Positions 19,231 to 28,897 of a DNA stretch of 64,000 bases are shown one piece after another; the first letter of the stretch is position 1; the number at the start of each line of letters is the position of its first letter. Both the position numbers and the translations under genes were made by a program. The DNA comes from Planctomycetales bacterium (GTDB lineage: Bacteria > Planctomycetota > Planctomycetia > Pirellulales > Lacipirellulaceae): assembly GCA_020427145.1 (NCBI GenBank), contig JAGQOU010000338.1, forward strand, positions 1,406 to 65,405, given 5' to 3'. Below the pieces are notes generated by a model, which had not been told where the DNA came from, searched no databases, and saw nothing but the letters and a program-made list of their open reading frames with translations.

Positions 19231-20640
19231 ATGGCAAGCAAGAAGTTCACCCGGCGCGACGCGCTGAAGACGGGAGCTGCGGCGTTGGCTCTGCCCACGT
19301 TTGTTCCGGGCGCGGCCTTGGGACTCAACGGGGCCGCGCCGCCGAGCGAGACGGTCCGCGTGGGGCTGATCGGCTGCGGCGGTCGCTCCCGGGGGTTGAT
19401 CCCCGAAGGCGCCGACGTGAAAGGCTTCAACGTGGTCGCGGCCTGCGACTGCCTGAAGAAACGAGCGGAAGACCATGCCGCGGCGCTCTCCGGCGGAGCG
19501 AAGTGGGGCGTCTACGAAGACTTCCGCAAGATGATCGAGCAGGAGAAACTCGACGCCGTGATGGTCGAGACGACCACGCACGCCCGCGCGTGGATCACGA
19601 TTCTCGCCATGCAAATGGGCGTGGACGTTTATATCGAGAAGCCCATTTCGCTCACGGTTGCTGAAGGCCGCGCGATGGTCGACGCGGCACGGGCGTACGA
19701 CTGCGTGACCCAGGTGGGCACGCAGCAACGCAGCATGCCAATCAACAACTGGGCGAGCGATCTGGTCAAGAACGGCGCGATCGGCAAGATCAAGACCGTG
19801 CTGGCGCCGAATTTCATCGGCCCGTTTCACTGGACCGGCGCGACGCAGCACCAGTCCGCCGCCCCCGGCGAGCCGTGGTGGAACGTGTGGACCAATCAGG
19901 CCGAGCTGCGTCCGTACTCCGAAGCGTTGCACCAAGGCTGGGCCCGTTGGTGGGACTACGACTCGGGCGGGCTCTGCTTCGGAGTGACCGGCTGGGGAGC
20001 CCATTCTTACGACCAAATCAACCGGGCCTTGGGCACAGACGACACGGGTCCCGTGGAAGTGATCCTCGAAGAAGCGGTTGCCGATCGCGACTCGGGAAAG
20101 TTTGCGCCCAGCGAGTCGGTCGGCGGCGTGGCGCCGGGCGCCACCGGCGACATTGACACGGGGGCCGATTATTACAGCATGGCGAAGCTGTCAGGGCCTC
20201 GGGCGAAAGTGAAGATGCGATTCGCCAACGGGACCGAAGTCCGTTTGCACCTCGATGGCGATCGCGGCCCGGGGCTGGGCGCAATCTTCGTCGGCGACGA
20301 GGGCAAGATCGAAATCAATCGCAACAAAATCGCCAGCAATCCGAAGGAACTCACGCGGTCGCCGGACAACCCAGGCCCCAATCGCCGTTCCGAATCGGCC
20401 TATCACATTGAGAATTGGATCGAGTGCATCAAGTCGCGGCAACGGTGCAACGCCGACATCGAAATCGGCCAGCGCTCGTCCACCCTCTGCATCCTGGTGA
20501 ACATCGCGCGCGACGTCGGCCGCGTGGGCGAAACGCTGCGCTGGGACCCCGCCGCCGAACGGTTCACCAACTGCGACGAGGGCAACCTGATGCTGTCGCG
20601 ACCGCGGCGCAAAGGGTTTGAGTTGCCGAGCATCGGCTAG
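19231..20640 (+). CDS. Tat-exported Gfo/Idh/MocA family oxidoreductase
   Basis: 469 aa. Twin-arginine leader MASKKFTRRDALKTGAAALALP. Rossmann GLIGCGGRS. EKP motif (YIEKPISL). DUF1080 + Gfo/Idh/MocA is a common planctomycete pairing. Confidence 0.85.
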   Translation: MASKKFTRRDALKTGAAALALPTFVPGAALGLNGAAPPSETVRVGLIGCGGRSRGLIPEGADVKGFNVVAACDCLKKRAEDHAAALSGGAKWGVYEDFRKMIEQEKLDAVMVETTTHARAWITILAMQMGVDVYIEKPISLTVAEGRAMVDAARAYDCVTQVGTQQRSMPINNWASDLVKNGAIGKIKTVLAPNFIGPFHWTGATQHQSAAPGEPWWNVWTNQAELRPYSEALHQGWARWWDYDSGGLCFGVTGWGAHSYDQINRALGTDDTGPVEVILEEAVADRDSGKFAPSESVGGVAPGATGDIDTGADYYSMAKLSGPRAKVKMRFANGTEVRLHLDGDRGPGLGAIFVGDEGKIEINRNKIASNPKELTRSPDNPGPNRRSESAYHIENWIECIKSRQRCNADIEIGQRSSTLCILVNIARDVGRVGETLRWDPAAERFTNCDEGNLMLSRPRRKGFELPSIG

Positions 20641-20646
20641 CTCGGC

Positions 20647-22116
20647 CTATGCCAGATCCCGATCCTCAAACAGCAGTAGCGCCAGCAGCATGGCCACGCC
20701 GCAGTACAGCGCGGTGTAGAGCAGCGCCCAGCCGAGGTACGCCATGGGGACCGTCGATTCGCCGGCGATGGCGCCCTCGATCTCGAAGTGGTCGAGCACT
20801 GGCAGGATCGTGGACACCAGTCGGCCGAAGAAGCGGACGAATACGATTTCGTTGAGAGCCGACTGCGACTTGACGATCAACGCCGCGAGGTGCCCCAGCA
20901 CGTAAATCGAGCCGCAGATGATCAGGTTGGGCAGCATCGGCAATCGCGTCGACACCGCCACGCTGATCGCGGCGAGCACCACCGACTCGAAGAAGGCGAG
21001 CACCAACCCCGGGATGATTCGCACCACTTCGGTGTGACACTCGGTCCATACCGGCATGGTCTTGGAGGATTCGCGGGCGTCGTACACCACCTTGAACGAC
21101 ACGCACGCCAGGAACACTACGCCCAGCACGACGAACATCAGCACGATCGGCCAGATGATGCCGAGGAATTTGCCGATGATGAACTGCCGGCGGCCGACCG
21201 GTTTGGAGAGCACGGTCAGCGCGGTGCGGCCTTCGATTTCGTCGGCGACCGACGTACTGGCGGTCCACAACGCCATGATGATCGCAAGCACCTTGATGGT
21301 GGTCATGCCCGAGGTTTTGAGCATCTTCACGTCTTCGCCAAACGTGTTGTAGGGGATGAACACGTAGGCCACCAGCGCCACCACGCCCAAGCCCGTGAGC
21401 AGCGCGAACAGCGGTTGGGAGATCGTCTCCTTGGCCGTGGCTGCGGCGATGACGGAGACGCGCGGAGCGAGCCAGCGAATCAGAAAGTAAATGCCGAACA
21501 GTCCGATGACGCTGACCGCGGCGATGGGGATCTGCCGCGCCTGCGGCGTCTTGACGTCGGTCTCGGCGAGAAACGTGAAATCGCTGTCGGAGGCCGTTTC
21601 GTTGGTCACGTACAGCGTGGTCACATCTTCGTCAAAGCCGCGCGGCGTGGGGCTGCCCGGCGTCCAGCGATACTGATCGCCCCCTTCGACCAACACCAGC
21701 GGATCGACGTAGCCCTTGCCCTCTTCGGTGTTCACGGCGACGTCTTCGTCGCTGTCGATGACATACTCCTGCAGTTCCTCGCCGCGGAAAACGAGCGGCA
21801 CCGGAAAGTCCTCGGAATTGGCGGGGACCGTAACCTGTACCACTTTGGGACCGACGGCGGTCAACCGACCTAAGGATTCCATCACGGCGCTCACCGGCAT
21901 CGTGGGGGCGGCAAAGATCGCCAGCGCCGCCATGGCTGCCACGACGTAGCCAATCGGTTGTAAGACGCCCTCATGCACGGCGGACGCCATCGCGTCGGCC
22001 GCGGGACGCCGCACGAGGTACAACAGGGCCCACAGCGCCAGCAGCGCCGCGGCGCCGATCGTGACGCCCACCGACAGGACCCAGATGGGGGTCAACCAGA
22101 TATACAGCTTTTCCAT
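20647..22116 (-). CDS. ABC-2-type transporter permease-like membrane protein with a large extracytoplasmic loop
   Basis: 489 aa with multiple TM helices. The C-terminal half (ADEIEGRTALTVLSKPVGRRQFIIGKFLG...) resembles ABC-2/NosY-like permeases. No ATPase gene is adjacent. Confidence 0.6.
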   Translation of the reverse strand: MEKLYIWLTPIWVLSVGVTIGAAALLALWALLYLVRRPAADAMASAVHEGVLQPIGYVVAAMAALAIFAAPTMPVSAVMESLGRLTAVGPKVVQVTVPANSEDFPVPLVFRGEELQEYVIDSDEDVAVNTEEGKGYVDPLVLVEGGDQYRWTPGSPTPRGFDEDVTTLYVTNETASDSDFTFLAETDVKTPQARQIPIAAVSVIGLFGIYFLIRWLAPRVSVIAAATAKETISQPLFALLTGLGVVALVAYVFIPYNTFGEDVKMLKTSGMTTIKVLAIIMALWTASTSVADEIEGRTALTVLSKPVGRRQFIIGKFLGIIWPIVLMFVVLGVVFLACVSFKVVYDARESSKTMPVWTECHTEVVRIIPGLVLAFFESVVLAAISVAVSTRLPMLPNLIICGSIYVLGHLAALIVKSQSALNEIVFVRFFGRLVSTILPVLDHFEIEGAIAGESTVPMAYLGWALLYTALYCGVAMLLALLLFEDRDLA

Positions 22117-22158
22117 GGCGATCTTGCAGTCGTGGGGACCAAGCAGCGGAAGCTGCGA

Positions 22159-22428
22159 TCAGGTGCGAATCTCAAATCGGGCGAACTCGCCGTTGGCGGG
22201 ACGCACGTCGGTGGTCATGTCGCGGATGTTCGGTTCCATTTCGTCGGCCACGGCAGCCAGAAACGCACGGAGCTCAGCGGGCTCGCCTTCGGCAATCAGA
22301 TGCACCCGCCCGTCGGGCAGATTCTCCACATAGCCGGTCACGGCAAACCGGGTCGCGATGCTGCGGGTCGTGTAGCGAAAGCCAACGCCCTGCACCCGAC
22401 CGCTGAAGTACGCCTCTTGTCGTTGCAC
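22159..22428 (-). CDS. acyP: Acylphosphatase
   Basis: GRVQGVGFRY...GYV.N..DGRV....EG signature. The start is uncertain: an in-frame GTG at 22428 gives 89 aa, while the 221-aa ORF upstream is Arg/Pro/Gly-rich and not coding-like. Confidence 0.7.
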   Translation of the reverse strand: MQRQEAYFSGRVQGVGFRYTTRSIATRFAVTGYVENLPDGRVHLIAEGEPAELRAFLAAVADEMEPNIRDMTTDVRPANGEFARFEIRT

Positions 22429-22694
22429 GATGATTTGATCAGTTTTCGGATCGCGATTCCGCGGGCCGCGGACGCCCCGGCGGGAGCGACCAGCGAAAGC
22501 CGGCTCGATCGCGGCGTCGGCGAAGCTTGCACTGATTGCCGGACGCCCCGGCGGTCCTCGCCACGACGCCGTAACCGGCCATGGCCTAAGCAGTTCCGGT
22601 CGCGGGTCGAAATGCGAATAACTCAGTATATCAGCCGGCGGCGGGCCTTCCAGCCTTGACCCAGGGAGCCCCGATTCGTACGCTCCGCCACGCG

Positions 22695-24026
22695 ATGAAC
22701 CGCCCCCACCAGCACAATTTCTGGCACTTTCCCCACCCGGCCCAACGTCGAGCGACGCGGGGGACGATTCGCGTCGTGCGCCCGTGGCGTACTCGGGGCC
22801 TGACGGCACTGCTGTGCGGGGCACTGGCTCTGGCCGGATGGCCGCCGGCGGCCCACGCGACCGACGGCTTGCTGCTGCTGACCAACGGCAATCTGCTGGC
22901 CGGCAACGTGGTCCGTGAGGGCGACTTTTACAAACTCACGCGGCCGGGCAGCGAGCTGATGATCCCCGCGAGCCAGGTCGACTCGTTCTGCCGATCGTCC
23001 GCCGAAGCCTACGAAGTGCGTCGCCGCCGCACGTACGACGACGCGGCCGGGCACGTCCAGCTGGCGCGGTGGTGTCTGCAGCATGCGTTGTGGCAACACG
23101 CGGCGGGCGAGGTGCTCGTCGCCCGCGCACAAGACCCGCAGAGTCCCGGCTTGCAATTCGTCGAACGCCAACTGGCCGCTGAACTGCGCCGGCAGGCGGA
23201 ATCTCATGCCGCAACGCACTCCGCGGCAGGCGACCCCGCGTCACGCCCCCCGGGGGGCGTCTCGTCGGCCGACGCGCCCAACGCGGGCGCGACGGACGTC
23301 GAGACGGCCCGCCCGGCGATTGTTCCCTCGCTTGCGGCGCGGGCGCAGTTTGTCCGCTCGATTCAACCGATGCTCGTTCACAGTTGCGCCACGACCGGCT
23401 GCCATCAACCCGGCACGTCGACGCCAATGCCCTTAGATCGCATGGCGATGACCGGCGGCGGCAGCCCGGCGGCGGTCGAGAGAAACCTGCAAGCGGTCAT
23501 GCCGTTGCTGGACGTGAAAGCGCCCGACGACTGCCAGCTGGTGCAGTGGGCGCGGCGGAACCACGCCCCCGCCGGCGGCGCGAACACGGCAATTTCGGCG
23601 CATCAGGCCGAGTTGCTGGTGCAGTGGGTGCGCGACGCGGTCGGCTACGTGCCGCCGCCACCGCCCAGCGAATCGCCCGCCAACCCGCCGGATGACTTTG
23701 GCGAGGCAGCGAGGAACAGCGAAGAAGAGTTCCTCAGCGCCGACGAAATGCTGCTGAGCGATGCCGAGTTGAAAGAGTACGGCGTGTCGGCGCCCAGTGC
23801 GCTCGCCGCGGAAGCCTTGCCGGCGCGCGACGAAATGATCGCGGTTGGCGAAGTGCGCTCTGAGCCCGCCCCGCCGCCCGGGCCTCGCGATCCGTTCGAC
23901 CCGGCGGAGTTCAATCGGCGCATCGCCAAACGCCGCGCTGATATGCAAGCGTCGCAGGCCAAAGCGACCGATTCCACAAGCGCCGACGAAGGCGCTACCG
24001 GTTCCAACCCAGCGCCGACGCAGTGA
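22695..24026 (+). CDS. Secreted hypothetical protein with a degenerate PSCyt-like Cys/His motif and an acidic Pro-rich C-terminus
   Basis: Signal peptide RTRGLTALLCGALALAGWPPAAHA. Start options are TTG 22656, ATG 22695 and GTG 22776. The internal IQPMLVHSCATTGCHQPG resembles the planctomycete cytochrome-like motif but reads C-x4-CH. Confidence 0.6.
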   Translation: MNRPHQHNFWHFPHPAQRRATRGTIRVVRPWRTRGLTALLCGALALAGWPPAAHATDGLLLLTNGNLLAGNVVREGDFYKLTRPGSELMIPASQVDSFCRSSAEAYEVRRRRTYDDAAGHVQLARWCLQHALWQHAAGEVLVARAQDPQSPGLQFVERQLAAELRRQAESHAATHSAAGDPASRPPGGVSSADAPNAGATDVETARPAIVPSLAARAQFVRSIQPMLVHSCATTGCHQPGTSTPMPLDRMAMTGGGSPAAVERNLQAVMPLLDVKAPDDCQLVQWARRNHAPAGGANTAISAHQAELLVQWVRDAVGYVPPPPPSESPANPPDDFGEAARNSEEEFLSADEMLLSDAELKEYGVSAPSALAAEALPARDEMIAVGEVRSEPAPPPGPRDPFDPAEFNRRIAKRRADMQASQAKATDSTSADEGATGSNPAPTQ

Positions 24027-24273
24027 TTGTCGCGGACGCGTTGGTCGCCGCCTGCTCGTCGAGCACCGGTGCGCTGCCGTCGGATTCTTCCACAGCGGGC
24101 AACGGCGCGGTCGTGTAGCTCTGCGGGCCGGTGAACGCCGAGCCGGCGCGGCCGTAAGGATTGTGATATGGGCTATCGGCCACCGGCGAACTGTAGTCGC
24201 AACAGTCGCTGCACATGCGGCAGCCGCCGGCCAGCGCCAAGCATGCCGCGATCGCGGCAAGTTTTCTTGTCAT
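23995..24273 (-). CDS. Small Cys-rich lipoprotein
   Basis: 92 aa. GGGGGGAGA Shine-Dalgarno 4 nt upstream. MTRKLAAIAACLALAGG|C lipobox followed by CRMCSDCCDY. The 3' end overlaps the convergent gene by 32 nt. Confidence 0.5.
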   Translation of the reverse strand: MTRKLAAIAACLALAGGCRMCSDCCDYSSPVADSPYHNPYGRAGSAFTGPQSYTTAPLPAVEESDGSAPVLDEQAATNASATITASALGWNR

Positions 24274-24566
24274 GGATCTCCCCCCAATTTTGCGTACGCG
24301 CGCAGGCTAAACCCGCGCGCGAACTGCAGTTCGTTACACAATCGAATCGGCAGATGCCGCCGTGCGGCCTGAGAAAAGCCCGGGAGAAAGCTGGCTGGCG
24401 GCCCTCCCGAGTGCTAGCAAAGGGGCGGCTCGGATGGCGGGGGACGACCTGCAGCTGTCCCCGGGCGAGGCGCAATCCGATGGTGCGCACTGGGGGCTAC
24501 GCTGCGCTGCGTCCCCAGCCACCCTCCGGTGTGAACGCCAATTCTCATCGCTAGTCGGCCGGTGGG

Positions 24567-25235
24567 CTACGCGCCGTCCCACCCGAGCGCCGCACCAATG
24601 CGCGGATCGGCCAACGACTCGGCGACGAATTGCGCGCCGGGGAATTCATGGTTCTCGCTGCGTCCCGCTGGCACGGCGACGACAAAGGCGCCGGCGGCGA
24701 CCGCGGCGCGGCAGCCGATTTGGCTGTCCTCAAGCACCAGCATCTCGGCGGGCGTCACGCCGTGCCGCTCAGCGGCCAGCAGATAGACGTCGGGGGCCGG
24801 CTTGCCGTGTGTGATGTCTTCGCCCGATAGCACAAACGCGAACCGCTCGGTCAGCTGGCTCAGGTCAAGCACGCGCGTGACGAAGTCGCGGCCGCTGCTG
24901 GTGGCGATCCCCTTGGGAATGCCCACCGCTTCGAGCGCCGCCAACAGATCGAGCAGGCCCGGCATCGGCGCCAGCCGTGCGGGTAGCAGATCGGCGAAAA
25001 TCTCCGCCGACTCGGCCGCGAGCTCCTCGGGCGTATCGCTCAGGTCGTGCCAGTCGACCATCACCTGCAGTGCCAGCAGCGACTTGCGTCCCATCATCTC
25101 GTCGAGCAGGTCGCCGGTGATCTGCTTGCCGCGGCGGACCAACACCTCGCCGCCGACCTGCTGATAAAGCTCCTCGGTGTTGAACATCAGGCCGTCCAAA
25201 TCGAAGGTGACGGCGCGAAGCGGCGAAGACGACAC
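24567..25235 (-). CDS. HAD-IA family hydrolase (beta-phosphoglucomutase-like)
   Basis: 222 aa. Motif I FDLDGLM, motif II ATSS, motif III K (HGKPAPD), motif IV LEDS. Confidence 0.85.
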   Translation of the reverse strand: MSSSPLRAVTFDLDGLMFNTEELYQQVGGEVLVRRGKQITGDLLDEMMGRKSLLALQVMVDWHDLSDTPEELAAESAEIFADLLPARLAPMPGLLDLLAALEAVGIPKGIATSSGRDFVTRVLDLSQLTERFAFVLSGEDITHGKPAPDVYLLAAERHGVTPAEMLVLEDSQIGCRAAVAAGAFVVAVPAGRSENHEFPGAQFVAESLADPRIGAALGWDGA

Positions 25236-25376
25236 GGCGGGACTCGGGGCAAAATTCTGCGGCGGGGGACGGCGAGGCGGGATCGCACTTGCGACGCCGG
25301 TATTCTACGCGCTGCGGGGCGGCTCGTCATGGCCGTGCGCCGATTTCGCCCGCCGCTGCCGATAACGCCGTGCCGG

Positions 25377-26102
25377 CTACTGACGGCTTGCCGCGTCGCG
25401 CTCGCCGCTGCGCTGCGCCACCCGAATGGCCTGAATCTCGTCCGGCGAAAGCGTTCGACCGGCAACCCAGAACTCGCCGTCGCGCAGCGCCAACGCCGTG
25501 AGTTCTCGCGGCTCGGTGGTCCGGGCCATCAAGCCGGCCAGATCGGCGGTTGCTGCGGGCCGTCCGTCCGCGTCGGTCCAGGCGACGGGGATCGCCAATC
25601 GCACCGCGGCCAGGGCGATTTGCTTCTTGACCTTGCTCAACGGCAACGGCAACGCGCCGGCGCGCGCCTCCTGCAACTGCAGCTCCAGACAATTCGGCCC
25701 CGTCAACTTCGCGGCGGCAATCACGCTGACCACCGTGTCGATGCTGCCCTCGGCGTAGCGAAAACCAACCAACAGACGGTCGCTCTCCAGGGCAATGCGC
25801 ACGTCCGAAACCGTCGGCGGCAACAGGTTCGCGTCCTTGTCCGACAAGACCGAGGCGAGCCATCCATTGACTTGCGCTGCGGTGAACGTGGCATTCCACT
25901 CGTCGGGCGACTCGGGGGCGTCGACCAGCTCGGCGACTTGCTCTTCCAGCTGGTGCGCGGCAGCGGCCAGCTCGCCCGGGTCCGCGGCCAGGGCCTGCTG
26001 ATAGAAGGGCTGCACCTCGCTGAGCGCGTCGACTGCGGCCCGATAGGCGAACATCCCGCCCACGGACAGCGCAGCGAGCGACACGGCGGCAATTTTGAGC
26101 AT
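25377..26102 (-). CDS. Membrane-anchored hypothetical protein
   Basis: Start taken at the ATG at 26102 (MLKIAAVSLAALSVGGMFAY TM anchor). The rest of the 537-aa ORF is antisense to lysS and not coding-like. No domain recognised. Confidence 0.55.
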   Translation of the reverse strand: MLKIAAVSLAALSVGGMFAYRAAVDALSEVQPFYQQALAADPGELAAAAHQLEEQVAELVDAPESPDEWNATFTAAQVNGWLASVLSDKDANLLPPTVSDVRIALESDRLLVGFRYAEGSIDTVVSVIAAAKLTGPNCLELQLQEARAGALPLPLSKVKKQIALAAVRLAIPVAWTDADGRPAATADLAGLMARTTEPRELTALALRDGEFWVAGRTLSPDEIQAIRVAQRSGERDAASRQ

Positions 26103-26420
26103 TCGCGGCACGGAATGGACTCTCGCAGACACGGCGGCAAAACCCGGCGGCGGGCAATGGTAGGAATCTGGCGGCGGCAGGTCAATTTCGAACAGCCGGG
26201 AAGCCAGCACCGCCAGCGGGAGACCGCAGTGGCGGGGCGTTGTTCGATTGACCGCGTATCGGGAAACCTCGAACGGGCCCGTCGCCAGACCGTCAGTGAC
26301 ATTGTGGCCGGGTGCGGCGTTCACTAAAATCTTTCCGCTCTTAGCTTTACTGCGCAAACTGCCGCGACCGTCGCGGCGTCCCACCACCACTCTGCCCGCC
26401 GCCCCGCTGGCCTGCCCACA

Positions 26421-28106
26421 ATGACGACCGCGATGACCGACGCCCCCGACCCCGCCGATTCTCCCGCCCCGGACGCTTCGAACCTGGAAGCCGCCCGCCG
26501 CGCGAAGCTTGCGCGATTGGTCGAGTTGGGCGTCGATCCCTGGGGCGGCCGATTTGACGACCGGCAATTCATCGGCGACGTGCGCGCTCGGTTGGGCGAA
26601 GTCGTCTATCGGCTCGAAGACGGGACCGACATCCCCCTGCCCGACTTCGCCAACGCGCCGGACGATTTCAACTTTCGCCAATGGAAGGCCGACCAAGGCA
26701 AGGGCGAACTCGTCGGCCCGCAGGTGCGCGCTGCCGGGCGCATCGTGCTGAGCCGCGACAAGGGCAAGCTGCAGTTCATCGACATCCGCGACATGACCGG
26801 CGACATCCAACTGATGGTCGGTCAAAAGCAGGTCGGCGACGACTGGGAAATCGCCCAGCAGCTCGACCTGGGCGACCTCATTGGCGTCGACGGCATGCTG
26901 GGCGTCAGCAACACGGGCGAGCTGTCGATCTTCGCCGCGCGGTTGCACTTTCTGACCAAGAGCATCGAGACGCCGCCCGAGAAGCATCACGGGCTGAGCG
27001 ACCCCGAGCTGCGCCAGCGGCAGCGGTACCTCGACCTGACCTACACCGAAGGGGTGATGCCGCGGTTTTTAGACCGCACGCGCATCGTCGCTTCGATCCG
27101 CCGCACGCTGGCCGAACGCAATTTCGTCGAGGTGGAAGGCCCGACGCTGCACGCCATTGCTGGCGGAGCCGCGGCGCGGCCGTTCACCACGCACCACAAC
27201 GCGCTGGACATCGACCTGTTTCTGCGAATCGCGTTGGAGCTGCATCTCAAGCGGCTGCTGGTGGGCGGCGTGGAGCGCGTGTACGAACTGGGCCGCGTGT
27301 ATCGCAACGAGGGGATCAGCCCCAAGCACAATCCCGAGTTCACGATGCTGGAGGTCTATCAGGCGTACGGCGATTACGTCGCGATGATGGATCTCACCGA
27401 GGCGCTGGTGTGCGACGCAATCAAGGCCCGGCGAGCGGGGGGCATGAGCCCCCTGTTAACTGGCGCCACAAGCGATGCCGACAATTCAAGCGGCTCGAAC
27501 AAACAGGGGGCTGACGCCCCCCGCTCGCCGTACTTGCTTCCCTGGGGCGACGCGACGATCGACTTCACGCCGCCGTTTCAGCGCAAGACCTACGCCGAGT
27601 TGTTCGCCCAGCACGCGGGCGTCGATCCCGACGATGAGGCCGCCGTCGCCAAGCTTGCCAAGTCGCTGGGAATCGAAACCGCCGGCCGGCATCCCGACGT
27701 GATTAAGAACGACGTGTTCGAGGAAAAGGTCGAAGACGCGCTGGTGGGGCCGATTTTCGTCACCGACTACCCGGCCAGCATCTGCCCGCTCACCAAACGC
27801 AAGCGCGACAATCCCGCGATCGCCGAGCGGTTCGAGCTGTTTGTCGAGGGCATGGAGATCGCCAACGCCTACACCGAACTGAACGACCCCGACCTGCAGG
27901 AAGAACTGTTCAAGAGTCAGCTGGCGGGACTCAGCGAAGAAGACTCGATGGCCAAGATGGACCACGATTTCATCCGCGCCCTGCGGCACGGCATGCCCCC
28001 CGCGGGCGGCCTGGGCGTGGGGATCGACCGGCTGGTGATGTTGCTGACCAACTCGCAAACGATTCGCGACGTGATTTTGTTCCCGCTGTTACGGCCGGAG
28101 CGATAG
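26421..28106 (+). CDS. lysS: Lysine--tRNA ligase, class II
   Basis: 561 aa. OB-fold anticodon-binding region. Class II motifs (FVEVEGPTLH, RVYELGRVYRNEG, GLGVGIDRLVMLL). Contains a low-complexity insertion at about 27430-27530. Confidence 0.95.
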   Translation: MTTAMTDAPDPADSPAPDASNLEAARRAKLARLVELGVDPWGGRFDDRQFIGDVRARLGEVVYRLEDGTDIPLPDFANAPDDFNFRQWKADQGKGELVGPQVRAAGRIVLSRDKGKLQFIDIRDMTGDIQLMVGQKQVGDDWEIAQQLDLGDLIGVDGMLGVSNTGELSIFAARLHFLTKSIETPPEKHHGLSDPELRQRQRYLDLTYTEGVMPRFLDRTRIVASIRRTLAERNFVEVEGPTLHAIAGGAAARPFTTHHNALDIDLFLRIALELHLKRLLVGGVERVYELGRVYRNEGISPKHNPEFTMLEVYQAYGDYVAMMDLTEALVCDAIKARRAGGMSPLLTGATSDADNSSGSNKQGADAPRSPYLLPWGDATIDFTPPFQRKTYAELFAQHAGVDPDDEAAVAKLAKSLGIETAGRHPDVIKNDVFEEKVEDALVGPIFVTDYPASICPLTKRKRDNPAIAERFELFVEGMEIANAYTELNDPDLQEELFKSQLAGLSEEDSMAKMDHDFIRALRHGMPPAGGLGVGIDRLVMLLTNSQTIRDVILFPLLRPER

Positions 28107-28124
28107 TGCGACAACCGCCATTTT

Positions 28125-28150
28125 CCCCCGGTCAGTGACCGGGGGCTAAC
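28125..28150. repeat. REP-like palindromic element, copy 1
   Basis: CCCCCGGTCA-G-TGACCGGGGG-CTAAC, 19 nt after the lysS stop. Near-identical to 28846-28874. Confidence 0.7.
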
Positions 28151-28184
28151 GCCTGAGCTGATCGCCAAATCAAACACGCCCTAG

Positions 28185-28207
28185 CCCCCGGCGCAAGCCG
28201 GGGGTTT
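28185..28207 (+). terminator. GC-rich hairpin with GCAA loop and short T-tract; probable lysS terminator
   Basis: CCCCCGGC-GCAA-GCCGGGGG followed by TTT. Confidence 0.55.
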
Positions 28208-28285
28208 AAGTGAAACAAGCCCCCTGGTTCGATCTCGGCAATTCCGTTTTGGATCGCGATTGGACCTTGAGGTACAATTCAGACC

Positions 28286-28837
28286 ATGAGCACCGTCGCA
28301 CTTGTCACTGCCGAGGAATTGCTTGAGCACTATGCGCACAAGCAACGCTGCGAACTCATCGCGGGGGAGGTTGTCGTCACGTCGCCAGCAGGGTGGAAGC
28401 ACGGTGACATTGGCGGCCGAATACAATCGCTGTTGGCGCACCACGTCAAACCGCCGAAGCTCGGCAGGATCTTTCTGGCGGAGACTGGCTTTCTGGTCGG
28501 ACGCAATCCTGATACGGTCCGCGCCCCCGACGTCGCCTTCATTGCCAAGGAGAATCTGCCAGCAACAATGCCCGAGTCGGCGTTCTGGCCGGGAGCCCCT
28601 GACTTGGCGGTCGAGGTGCTCTCGCCGGACGATCGCACCGTTGCCGTCGACAAGAAAATCCAAACCTGGCTCGCTGCTGGCGCCAAACTGGTCTGGGTCG
28701 TCGACCCGGAATTGGAGACAGTCGCGATCTACCGTTCGACGACCGACGTCTCGATCGTCGCGCGCGACGGACGCATCACGGGACGCGACTCAATCGCCGG
28801 ATTCGAATGCGACGTGCGCGAGTTTTTTGAGGAATGA
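28286..28837 (+). CDS. Uma2 family (DUF820) endonuclease
   Basis: 183 aa. ELI.GEVV..SPAG..HG, APDVAFI and PDLAVEVLSP.D...........W...G...VWVVDP are the conserved PD-(D/E)xK Uma2 blocks. Confidence 0.85.
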   Translation: MSTVALVTAEELLEHYAHKQRCELIAGEVVVTSPAGWKHGDIGGRIQSLLAHHVKPPKLGRIFLAETGFLVGRNPDTVRAPDVAFIAKENLPATMPESAFWPGAPDLAVEVLSPDDRTVAVDKKIQTWLAAGAKLVWVVDPELETVAIYRSTTDVSIVARDGRITGRDSIAGFECDVREFFEE

Positions 28838-28845
28838 ATTCCACT

Positions 28846-28874
28846 TAGCCCCCGGTCACTGACCGGGGGCTAAC
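28846..28874. repeat. REP-like palindromic element, copy 2
   Basis: TTAGCCCCCGGTCA-C-TGACCGGGGGCTAAC, 9 nt after the Uma2 stop. The central base is complementary to that of copy 1, so the two copies are in inverted orientation. Confidence 0.7.
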
Positions 28875-28880
28875 TACGAA

Positions 28881-28895
28881 TCCCAAGGACGGGAA
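28881..28895 (+). promoter_or_regulatory. Conserved 15-nt RBS leader TCCCAAGGACGGGAA, copy 1
   Basis: Ends 2 nt before the ATG at 28898. An identical 15-mer at 29627-29641 precedes the ATG at 29646. Confidence 0.55.
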
Positions 28896-28897
28896 GA

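Noticed and set aside
26103-26990. N-terminal 296 aa of the 537-aa ORF 25377-26990
   Set aside because: It runs antisense into lysS and through the divergent promoter region. A coding-like sequence with a TM anchor only starts at the ATG at 26102.
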